Assembly: GCA_043228905.1 (NCBI GenBank)
Contig: JBHGNT010000007.1
Coordinates: 20,522,001 to 20,586,000, forward strand
Direction: 5' to 3'
DNA: 64,000 nt
Source: Azolla caroliniana
Lineage: Eukaryota; Plantae; Polypodiophyta
Positions 33,940-45,195 of the stretch are shown here, piece after piece; the first letter of the stretch is position 1; the number at the start of each line of letters is the position of its first letter. The position numbers were made by a program, and so were the translations under genes. The notes under the pieces were generated by a model that saw only the letters and a program-made list of their open reading frames with translations, ran no database searches and was not told where the DNA came from.

Positions 33940-36900
33940 TGATAGGAATACAGCTCCGAATGAACAACGCTCGGCCACAACCGAGGCTAGGTTCAAACAC
34001 AGAAAACGGATAGGAACGCACGACACCGTGAAGAGAAGAGTCCACAGGATGTTTACGTGGAAAAAACCCAAACTAGGGAAAAAACCACGGCAGCCCACAG
34101 GCTGCAAACTATCACTATGTTAGAATGTACAACAGTAAAGCACCGAGGCAACAACCTCGAGCTTGCTATCTTCGCCACAGGCGGCAGTTACAACCGAGGA
34201 AACGACCTCTTCCTCTCTCTCTCTCTCTGTACACAGTTACGCTCTCAAATCTTACACCAACAAGAAATGACAACTCCTATATTCTAAGTTTGCCCTAAGT
34301 CATATTTATACTAATATGACTTTTTGGCTATTTACAAATATAGCCTCGATGGACTCTCAGAAACATATTTACGAATATGTCCCTTCATCCGGTGAGCACT
34401 CCTCACCGGGCCTGCATCATCCGGCACTTGACGGGCACACGTCATCCAGTTCTCACCGAGTCTTCCGTTGCCGGGTACTCCACATCCGGTTCCCATTCGG
34501 AGGGACTTGTTTCCTAACAAACTCCCCCTTCACTCCGGCATGGGATGGCTTACTAGTCCGATCCGCTTCCGACATGCATCCAGTTTGTCGAGTATCAGTA
34601 CTTTGGTCAGCATATCTGACCCGTTCTCGGCCGTGTGGATCTTCGTCAGCGCGAACTCTCGATCTTCTACTCGCTCCCGGATCCAGTGATACCTACGCTA
34701 GATGTGCTTTGTCCTGGAGTGGTACGTTGCGTTCTTAGCAAGGTGGATGGCACTTTGACTGTCACAATAGAGCCGGTATTCATCTTGCCGGATACCGAGC
34801 TCTCCAATGAAGTCCTTCATCCATAGTATTTCCTTGCCGGCTTCCACAGCCGCCATGTACTCCGCTTCCGTGGTTGACAACGCAACCGTCTTCTGCAACC
34901 TCGACTGCCATGAAACAACTCCCCCTGCATATGTCATTACATACCCGGATGTAGACCAGCTAGTATCCACATCAGCCGACATGTCTGAATCAGTAACACC
35001 GTCAAGTTGAGGTTTACCGGGGCCGAATCGAAGACACATGTTCGAAGTGCCCTTCAAGTACCGAAGTATCCATTTGACCGCGTTCCAGTGCTCCTTGCCA
35101 GGATTACTCATAAAGCGGCTCACCACTCCGATTGCGTATCCTATATTCAGTCAGGTACACACCATTGCGTACATTAAGCTCCCGACGGCAGAGGCATATG
35201 GAACCTTCATCATATCAGCCTTCTCTGCTTTCGTCTTCGGGCTTTGCTTACCGGATAACCTGTAGTTTGCTGGGACTGTCGATCCGACCGGTTTCGCTTT
35301 TAACATGTTGAACCGCTGAAGCACCTTTGTCACGTACTTCTCCTGTGACAGCCACAATTGCTTCGTTGGCCGGTTCCGGATGATATGCATCCCCAGCATC
35401 TGTCTTGCCAGACCCAAGTCTTTCATTGCGAAAGTTCGGTTGAGAGCCTTCTTCAACATCCGTATTCTGGCTTGGTCCCGTCCAACGATCAACATGTCAT
35501 CCACGTACAGAAGTAGTATCAGGAAGTCGCCTCCTTCGAACTTCTTCACAAACACGCAGTGATCGGCCTGCGTCTTGTGGTACCCTTGATCAGTCATGAA
35601 GGAGTCGAACTTCCGGTACCATTGTCGGGGAGCCTGCTTCAGTCCGTACAGGCTTTTCTTCAACCGGCATACCAGGTGCTCCTTCCCTTTCTTCATGAAT
35701 CCTTCCAGTTGCTCCATGTAGGTCTCCTCTTCAAGGTCACCGTGAAGGAATATCGTCTTCACGTCCAGTTGCTCTACCTCGAGGTCCATGCTTGCCGCTA
35801 TACTCAGCACCGTCCGGATGGAGGTCATCTTTACTACCGGGGCAAATATCTCATCGAACTCCACGCCCTTCTTCTGTTGGAACCCCTTCACCACAATCCT
35901 GGCTTTGTATCTCGGGGGGTTGCCATCATCTCCCGGTTTCAACTTGTACACCCACTTGTTTCGGAGTGCCCACTTTCCTTTCGGCAACTCCACCAATTCG
36001 TACGTATGGTTCTCATGCAGGGAATCCATCTCATCCTGCATGGCACTTAACCATTTGTGGTTGTGGGCGTCACTTTTAGCTTCCTCAAAGCTGTCTGGCT
36101 CCCCCTCATCAGTCAGCAGCACATGCTCTGCATCCGGAAATCTCCGGGGGGCCTTCTCTCTCTGAGAGAATATCTCCGTCTTTGGGCTTCGGTAACCGGC
36201 TCCTCCATTTGCTCTTCATCCGAATCCGATTCGGGGTCTTGGCTGGTTCCGGTTTCAGCTTCCTCTACTTCTTCTTCTGCCGGTTCGGTATCCTCACCGT
36301 AACTGGCTGGTTCCTCGAGTGCTAACCGGTCTCTTGCCGGTTGGGTCTACTCATCAGAGAATCGATCCTTACCGGTCGACTTGGAGTTCATTATCTTCTT
36401 CTCCGACTCCCAGTCGGCAAGCGTCTTGTCCTCCATGAAGATAATATCTCGACTCCGGAATACCTTCTTGTCAACAGGGTCCCACACTCAGTAGCCGAAC
36501 TCGTCGTCGTCGTAACCAAGGAATATGCATGTCCGGGTCTTTGGATCTAACTTTCCTCTCAGGTCCTTAGCTACATGCACGTACGCGAGACACCCAAACA
36601 CCTTCAGATGCCGGTAGGATACTTCCTTACCGGTCCATACTCTCTGCGGCGTGTCCCCGTCCAAAGGTACTGAGGGTGATCTGTTTATCACATATGTCGC
36701 CGTCGACAGTGCCTCAGCCCAAAACTTCTTGGGTAGTTTTGCATGCGCCAACATACTCCGGACCCTCTCCATTATGGTCCGGTTCATCCTCTCGGCCAAC
36801 CCGTTTAGTTCCGGTGTCTTCGGCACGGTTAATTCGAGCCGGATTCCCTTCGAGCGACAATACTCCTCGAACTGCCCCCGGTATTCACCTCCGTTATCTG

Positions 36901-39165
36901 CTCAATCCGCCTTCAGCTTCCGGCCGGTTTCTCTTTCCACTCTCACGTGGAGCTCTTTGAAGACGAATAGCACCTGATCCTTCGTCTTCAACGGTGTGGC
37001 CCACAGCTTCCGGCTGTGGTCATCTATGAACGTCACGAAGTACTGCGATCCGGCATGTGATTTCGTGTCCACTTGACATACATCAGTATGCACCAACTCC
37101 AGTGATGCATTACATCTCATCGGTGGCCTCAATCGGAAGGAGGTCCAGTTTTGTTTACCGGCCAAACAATCAATGCACTTCTCCAAGTGCACGTTCTTCA
37201 CTAGAATGAGCTTGACGTCTACAAGCCTCTTCATCCCCTTCTCGCTCATGTGACACAGCCTCTTGTGCCACAGCTCACCGGCTGTGTCGGAAGCCATGTT
37301 CACTTCTTCCGGGCATAACCGGGCATTCATCAGGTACAGCGTGTTTACCTTCCGGGCCCGAGCCACAATCAGGTTTCCTTTGCTTAACTTCATAACACCA
37401 TTCCGGATGCTACCCGTGTAGCCTTCATCATCTAGCCGACCGGCTGATATCAGGTTCAGACGAACCTCCGGAACGTGTCGGACATCCTTCAGCAGCAGCT
37501 TGCATCCGGTTGGTGTTGTCAACCACACGTCTCCTATGCCGACAATTCGGCATGTACCTTCATTCCCCATCCGGACACAGCCGTGATCACCGGCTGAGTA
37601 GGATGAGAAGCATTTCCGGTCCGAGGTAAGGTGGAACGACGCTCCGGAGTCAACCACCCAGGTCATCTCGTCGCTGGCAAGGTTTAGCTCACTCTCCTCG
37701 GTGATGAGCATCAACTCCTCTTCACTTGCCGCGATTGCCGTCGTTCCCTTCCGGTCCGGCCCCCTTCGGTCTTTACCATTCCGGTCTGGTGTCCGCTTCG
37801 AATCGGTACCGTCGATTTCCTTGTCTTTACGGAAGTGCCAACAATTCTTCTGGAAGTGTCTCGGCTTGCCGCAATAGAAGCAAGTAGGCCCCTCCCTTGA
37901 CTTTTCCCGGTTTTGGGGGCTACGGTTCCTTTGTCTTCCGCGTTCCAATTCGGTAAGGAGTGCTTTGGATTCGGAGCTTGTATCCTTATCTTTCCGACGC
38001 ACCTCCTCATCTAGCAAGCTCGACTTCACTCTCGCTAGGGATAACCGTTTCCCTTCCGGCCCGGCGTTGCCCAAGGTGACAACCAACGTCTCCCAGCTAT
38101 CTGGGAGGGAACCGAGCAGGAGTAGCGCTAGTACCTCATCAGCGAGAGGTACTTCCAATGATGTTGCCTGGTTGATCAGCCCTTGGAAGGCATTCATGTG
38201 CTCTGCCATGTTGGAGCCATCTTGGTACCAGAGTCTAACTAGCTTCCGAAATACCAAAACCTGATTAACAGCATTTTTGTTTTGAAACATAATGTCAATC
38301 TTCTCCCAGAGCTCATGAGCCTTGCTTTCTTCATTGAATTTGTTGTATAGACTCATGTCGATGAAGCACCGTATGTACGCAGTTGTCTTCATGTGCATCA
38401 CCTCCCATATCGTGGCGTCGATTTTGTCCAGTCTCTTGTCCCCGAACTAAACCGGCAACCAAAGATCTTTAACCACGAGCATGTCCCTCATCTTTGAATT
38501 CCACACCGAATAGTTGGAGCTGGTGAGCTTGAACATGCCTCCCAACAAATTGTCCATTTTTCTGTGTCGTTTCGCTCTAATACCACTTGACAGGAATACA
38601 TGCTCCGGATGAACAACGCTCGGCCACAACCGAGGCTAGGTTCAAACACAGAAAACAGATAATGAACGTACGACACCGTGAAGAGAAGAGTGCACAGAAT
38701 GTTTACGTGGAAAAAACCCAAACTAGGGAAAAAACCATGGCAGCCCACAGGCTGCAAACTATCACTATGTTAGAATGTACAACAGTAAAGCACCGAGGCA
38801 ACAACTTCGAGCTTGCTATCTTCGCCACAGGCGGCAGTTACAACCGAGGCAACGACATCTTCCTCTCTCTCTCTCTCTCTCTCTGTACACAGTTACGCTC
38901 TCAAATCTTACACCAACAAGAAATGACGACTCCTATATTCTAAGTTTGCCCTAAGTCATATTTATACTAATATGGCTTTTCTAAGTTAGCCTCGATGGAC
39001 TCTCAGAAACATATTTACGAATATGTCCCTTCATCCGGTGAGCACTCCTCACCGGGCCTGCATCATCCGGTGCTTGCCGAGCACACGCCATCCGGTTCTC
39101 ACCGGGTCTTCCGTTGTCGGGTACTCCACATCTGGTTCCCATCCGGAGGGACCTGTTTCCTAACA
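33940..39165 (-). mobile_element. Full-length Copia element F inserted in the gypsy integrase
   Basis: TSD ACTGG at 33935-33939 and 39166-39170. LTRs 33940-34519 and 38588-39165; PBS 38574-38585; PPT 34520-34533. Gag-pol carries several stops. Confidence 0.95.
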
Positions 39166-40207
39166 ACTGGAAGATCTGTGATGAAGTCTAGAGCAATGGA
39201 TTGCCACGGCTTGCTTGGAATTGGTAATGGTTCTAATAAACCATATGGATGATGCCTGGGCATTTTCGCTCTGCAGCATGTATCATAAGTCCGAACAAAA
39301 TCTTCGACAAATTGTCGCATACAAGGCCACCAGAATGATCGTTGTACTAAATCTAATGTTTTAGTACTACCAAAATGCCCAGCTATATATGTGTCATGAC
39401 AGTTTTGTACTACGCAAAGGCGGCAAGAACGATTAGGAACATACAAAAGTTCTCTAAAGAAGAGTAATCCATCATGGTATTTGAATTGCCGATAGTCCGT
39501 ACCTGGTGGTTGCGACTATGAACAGGACGCTCGAGAGGGATCAATTTGTGCTAGTATAGCTTGGGCGAAAGCATCTATCTTCGGGTCCGCACGTATGATA
39601 TTGATAACGTGGGAATCTATGGGCATGCCAAAGACCTGTGTTGGTTGCAGTCGTGCCGGTCCCAAGATTACTTGCTTTTGGTTATCGAAAGCTGGCTCGC
39701 CGGGACGCGGTGCTAGGTATGAACGCCGTGATAATGCATCTGCTTTCCCTTGGGGCTTCCCAGGTCGATATGTAATCCTGAAGTCGATACGTGTGAGAAA
39801 ATGGGCCCACCCAGCTTGACGTCGATTTAACACACAAGCATCTTGAAATAGGCGAGGTTTTTGTGGTCACTGAATACACTGACTTGATGAGAAGATCCCT
39901 CTAGAAAATACCTCCGTTGCATAAAAGAGTCCACTATAGCCAATAGCTCTTTATCATGAATTTCGTAGTTGATTTTGGTGGCGTCAAACTTGCGTGAGTT
40001 AAAAGCCACAGGATGTAACTTTTCATCATTACCTCGTTGTGATAGAATGCTCCCCAATGCAAAATCCGATGCGTCCGCTTCGATGATGAATGGTTTTTCT
40101 GGATCAACGTGGGCTAGAATCGGAGCCGATGTAAATGCCTTTTTAAGATTCTCAAAAGCCATGTCTGCTTCTTCAGACCAAACGAACAATTGTCCCTTCC
40201 TAGTAAG

Positions 40208-41021
40208 TGACGAGAACTCAACGCTCCTTATGCGCAACACTCGGCCACAACCGAGCTTAGAATGATACACAGAAAAACGGGAAATAAAACACGACACAAA
40301 GAAGAGGAAGATACACAGGAGGTTTACGTGGAAAACCCCAAACTAGGGGAAAAAACCACGGCAGCCCACAGGCTGCAAACTGTCACTATGTAAGAATGTA
40401 CAACAGTGAGTTCACTGAGGCAACGACCTCGTGCTCACAGATCTTCGCCACAAGCGGCGGTTACAACAAAGGCAGCGACCTCTTTCTCTCTCTCTCACTC
40501 TCTGTACAGTTACGCACTCACTCTATCCTTGCATCAACAAGAATATGACAACAACCCCAACTACTACTAAAAGTTTGCCCTAAGTCATATTTATACTAAT
40601 ATGACTTTTTTGCTATTTACGAATATAGCCTCGATGGACTCTCAGAAACATATTTACGAATATATCTCTTCATCCGGTTCTCACCAGGTCTGTACCATCC
40701 GGTTCTCCATAGCCGGGTACTCCTCATCCGGTCTTCACCGGGTCTGCACCATCCGGCTCTCCATAGCCAGGTACTCCTCATCCGGTCTTCACCGGGTTTG
40801 TATCATCCGGCTCTCCGTAGCTGGGTACTCCTCATCCGGTTCATACCGGGTCTGTATCATCCGGCTCTCCGTAGCCAGGTACTCCTCATCCGGTTCATAC
40901 CGGGTCTGTATCATCCGGCTCTCCGTAGCCGGGTACTCCTCATACGGTTTCGGCCTCGGCCGAGTTTGTTCATCGGCACTGTTCTACTCCCTTCCCATCC
41001 GGAGGGAACTGTCTCCCAACA
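40208..41021 (-). mobile_element. Copia solo LTR G with 54-bp U3 tandem repeats, inserted between gypsy RT and RNase H
   Basis: TSD GTAAG at 40203-40207 and 41022-41026. TG...CA ends; homologous to the F LTRs. Confidence 0.93.
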
Positions 41022-42437
41022 GTAAGTTGTGTAAGAGGCAAAACGAGCTTTGAGTAATGCTTTATAAATTTCCGGTAAAAATTGGCAAAGCCTAGAAAGC
41101 ATTGCACATCCCGCACTGAACGTGGAGTTTGCCATTCTACCACCGTTTTGACCTTAGCTGGGTCCATGGAGATGCCTTCTGAGGAAATGACATAGCCGAG
41201 AAATTCCACCTGGTTGCACCCGAAACTACATTTTTCCAGCTTTGCATAAAGACCATGTTCTCGAAGTCATTTTAGTACTAACAGTACATGAGAATCATGC
41301 TCTTCTTGGGTCTTTGAGTAAACCAGTAGATCATCCAAATAGATGATTAGACACACATCCAAGAGATCTCGGAAAATATCATTTTCCATGTGCTGGAAGA
41401 CTGTTGGCGCATCAGTGAGGCCGAACGGCATGACCGTATACTTGAAGTGCCATATCTGGTACGGAACGCGGTCTTCCATTCATCTCTTGGTCGGATCCGT
41501 ACGAGGTTATAGGCTCCCGTAAGTTGATCTTCATGAAGAACCTGGCACCATTGATCCGTTCTAAAAGACTTGAGATAAGGGGAAGTGCATACCTATTTCG
41601 GATTATAACCTTATTCAAGCCCAGTAATCTGCAATGAGACGAAGTGAGCCATCCTTTTTCTTGATGAAGAAAATGGGTGCACTGGCTGGAGATTTCGAAT
41701 GTCGTATGAAACCATTCTCTAAATTCTCCTCTATATAGGCTCAAAGGACTTCCAGTTTGTTTGGTGACGGATTGTAGATCAGTCCCCATGGTGGCTCTTT
41801 CCCCGGTTGTAAATCGATGGTGAGGAAGCGTATTGGCTTGTACTTTATCAAACACATCGGCATAATGACGATACTTCTCTGGAAGTTCAACGGTGGATTC
41901 CTCTTTAGTGGTGTTGGAGGGTTTTACTGATATTGTGAAGAGGAACATTTCTTCCTTGCGTCCTTCCTCACGCAATTGATGTAGTGAAATCGTTGCAATC
42001 TCATGAGTAGACCCTCGGGCTTTTCAATGCCGGATTTCTCTTGTCCGCCAATCTATGTCTAGGTTATGTAATTCGAACCATGGTAATCCTAAGACAATGG
42101 GGTGTTCTGAGATGCTAATTATATTAAATGATACGAAACATGCTAGATTATCTAGGACAATATTAACAGGCTCTAACTCTTCTATGATATTTCCGGAAGC
42201 AATGGGACGACCATCAATGACTACTACAGAGATAGGACACGGGAGTTTTCTGAGAGATATCTGATGAGCTTGGGCAAATTTCCTATCCATGAAGCAAGAA
42301 TTAGCTCCGGAATCTAGAAGTGCTAGGACATGTAATGGAGGGGTACTTTTAGTACTAACTGCTACTTGGGCTACGAACACATTGCTAACTTGCTTAGAGG
42401 GAATGGAACCACTAATGGGCTACACAGATCTAGGGTT

Positions 42438-42482
42438 GTCCAACCAAACGACTCCTATTTTGGCTGGACTTAGTCGTTTAAC
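42438..42482 (-). promoter_or_regulatory. Putative -1 programmed ribosomal frameshift signal (gag-pol)
   Basis: G_UUA_AAC (42482-42476), 6-nt spacer, then an 11-bp stem GUCCAGCCAAA/UUUGGUUGGAC. Protease ORF is in the -1 frame. Confidence 0.75.
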
Positions 42483-43621
42483 TCTTCTTCTAATTGACTA
42501 AGGACATCAAATTTGTTTGCTAGATTTGGGCTATTAGTACTATTAGGACTATGAGGACTATCAGATATCCCTACTGAAACAAACTCGGGTTTAGTACAAT
42601 TAGTACTAGCAACAATTAGTCTCCTTGGCCTATGGGGACAATTTACTGCAATATGCCTGGGTCCAACGCAATAAAGACATAGTCGATTTGCTCGACATCG
42701 TTGCTTTTCTTCTTCGGATAATGGCCCTCGACGACGTGTAGTGTCAACCTCCATCGGAGTCGGAGTATTCACTGGAGGCGCATTATATGACTCCCTCAGA
42801 AAAGGTTTTGCTGCCACTGAGGTGTAGGTGGGCTCTGATCTTGCCCTCGGCATCTGTAGTTGTCGTTCCGAACGTTGCTCAAAGAGGCGGTTGTCACATC
42901 TCACCGCGCGACTGATTGCTTCTGTTAAGGACTTTGGCTCTTCGGGGAAGGTCAAGAGTAAATCCTTGACATCGTTGCATAAACCATAACGAAATTGCTC
43001 CATCAACGCTTGATCATCCCAAGGGATATCGGCGGCAAGTAGGCGGAAATATGCAGCATATGCGGAGGCTGGACGATCACCTTGTCATAATCGCCGGATT
43101 TTGTTGATTGTGGTCCTTATGCTGTCAGTATCTCCAAAACATGCCTTAAACTCACCTATAAACTCTTCAAAATTGTTGAGTAATGGAGATTCCTTTTCTA
43201 ACAGTGGAGGGAACCATGCCAACGCTGAGCCACTTAACAACGGGCCTACTAAACCCACTCGTGATGCATCAGTGAGATATCGGGAAGGATGCATTTGAAT
43301 AACTAATTGTACCTGATTAAGGAACCCTCTAAATTGCGATTGCGTTCCATCGAACTTATTGGGAAGGCCAAGCTTGGGTTCTATATGAATCCCTTGTGTT
43401 CCGGGTCCTTGTTGTTGCATCGCTACGATGGTTGCTTTGAGTTGTTGCACGCGTAACGCAAGTTCCCCATGTTGTTGTTGCGTTTGCTGCTTTTCTAAGG
43501 AGATTTGCTGAAGATCCCCCAGCAACAGTTGATTTTCTTGTTCCAAAGCAAGGAACTTCTCTTTCAAGCATTGAAACTCCAAGAAAACAGATTGATATTC
43601 TTGAGCGCTAACAGTGGCCAT
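42470..43621 (-). pseudogene. Gypsy gag (coiled-coil N-terminus, LP.KFDG..F..FL capsid, CCHC-like knuckle), one internal stop
   Basis: ORFs 43085-43621 and 42470-43006 are in the same frame; PEG10/Tf1-like gag motifs. Confidence 0.85.
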
Positions 43622-43679
43622 GGGATGAAAGAAAAGAGGAATAAGAGGTTAGTATGAAGGGAGGGAGACAGAAGAGGGA

Positions 43680-43691
43680 AAATCGGTTCAA
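43680..43691 (-). promoter_or_regulatory. Non-tRNA, self-priming PBS
   Basis: TTGAACCGATTT lies 2 nt after the 5' LTR and is the exact complement of LTR sequence 43911-43922. Confidence 0.75.
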
Positions 43692-44069
43692 ACTATCAAG
43701 AATAGTACTAAAATAGAGAGAGAATTAGTACTAGAGAAGGGTAGTACTATTAGTACTAAGAGGACGGGACTGCGTAAGACTCCCGAGAGAGGAAGAGAGA
43801 AGAGGAGAGAGAGAGAGATAGTGAGGACGAGAGAGAGAGAGAGATGATGATAACAGATTATATATTATAGCAAAAGTAAGTACAAAGGGCTATGAGGCTA
43901 AAGACTGGCGTTGAACCGATTTGGTTTGAAATAATGCCTTGTGCCTCCTTTTATAGTGTTGTCAGGAGTACCCCTGAAGTTTCTAGAATGTTTCAAAGAA
44001 CTCTAGAATATACATCAATTTCCTATAATAAAACTTAAATGAAAATAATATCTTTCGTATTACAATACA

Positions 44070-44123
44070 TAGTCTAATGGTAAGAGCTCGACCCATGTAG
44101 CATAAGGTCATGGGTTCGAGTCT
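44070..44123 (+). promoter_or_regulatory. tRNA-like Pol III A/B-box cassette in gypsy LTR (identical copy at 32800-32853)
   Basis: TAGTCTAATGG ... GGTTCGAGTCT, starts 43 nt apart. Confidence 0.7.
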
Positions 44124-44642
44124 TGCCATATCATGACAGGTAGCATCCGGAATAGTGTCATGAAGTTTTGCGGAGGAAGCTTGATCGTGGCTCGAGCTCG
44201 AAAGACCAACACATCATACATAATCAATGCTCGAATATGCCAAGTGGAAGCAAACATGGCAGCCAACACGGTCGATGAATTGTGGCACAGGAGGTTGTGC
44301 CATATGAGCCAGAAGGGGATGCAAAAGCTTGCCGAGAATAACCTCATTCTGGAGGCGAAAAATGTGCAACCGGAGAAGTGCATTGATTGCTTGGTCGAAA
44401 AACAGAATCGAACATCCTTCCAAGCAAGGCCCCAGATGAGGAAGAAAATGTCGTTGGAACTCATACATGCATACGTATGCTATCTGGACACGAAGTCGCA
44501 TGGTGGTTCACAGTATTTCGTGACCTTCATTGAGGACTGTAGCCGGAAGTTGTGGGCTTCCGTGCTGAAGACGAAGGATCAAGTGTTATCCGTCTTCAAA
44601 GAGTTCCAAGCGAGGGCCGAGAGAGAAACTGGCTGAAAACTG

Positions 44643-45195
44643 TGTCGAGAATCGTGACCGGCCACAACCGGCTTATCGTTCACATGTTCGGGTGCAAGGA
44701 AACGTAAAGTAGAATGCATTCAGACAGAGTACGAAAACAGAAATAGCACAAGAGACAGAGACACACAATTTTAACGTGGAAACCCGAAATGGGAAAAACC
44801 ACGGGGGTCCACAAACCCCAAGAAACAGAATCACTATGCTAAGAGGAGTACAACTAGAAGCTCCCAGGCAACGACCTCAAGATTCCACTTCGTCAACAAA
44901 CGGCTACAGAGTTACACACTCTCTCACACTCACTCACTTACTGTTACACAGTTACAAAGGCAACAACATTCTAAGTAACTTTTCAATAATTACTCTTCAT
45001 AATAATAACATTATGATTGCCCTAAGTACTTATACTAGTACACCTTTTGGGTTATTTACAAGTGTAGCCCATAAGAACATATTTAGACTATTTACAAGTA
45101 TAGTCTTCCGAGTTGGCTATCTACACGATTTCGGTTTCGGCATTTCTCATCAACTCGGCTCTTCTCTTCCCATCCAGAGGGACCCGTTTCCTAAA
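44643..45195 (-). mobile_element. Copia solo LTR of the element E family
   Basis: TSD AACTG at 44638-44642 and 45196-45200. Reverse complement resembles 47584-48144. Confidence 0.88.

Larger units (their letters stand above)
32422..44138 (-). mobile_element. Ty3/gypsy chromovirus (Tcn1/Tf1-like), degenerate, hosting two Copia insertions
   Basis: TSD GGTAG at 32417-32421 and 44139-44143. LTRs 32422-32868 and 43694-44138 (~22 differences); PPT AAGGGGGGATAG at 32869-32880. Domain order gag-PR(LLDSGA)-RT(YLDD)-RNase H-IN-chromodomain. Confidence 0.93.

Noticed and set aside
40601-41053. 150-aa repeat protein ORF (also 50672-51381 His/Trp-rich ORFs)
   Set aside because: Translations of 54-bp LTR repeats and of the minisatellite.
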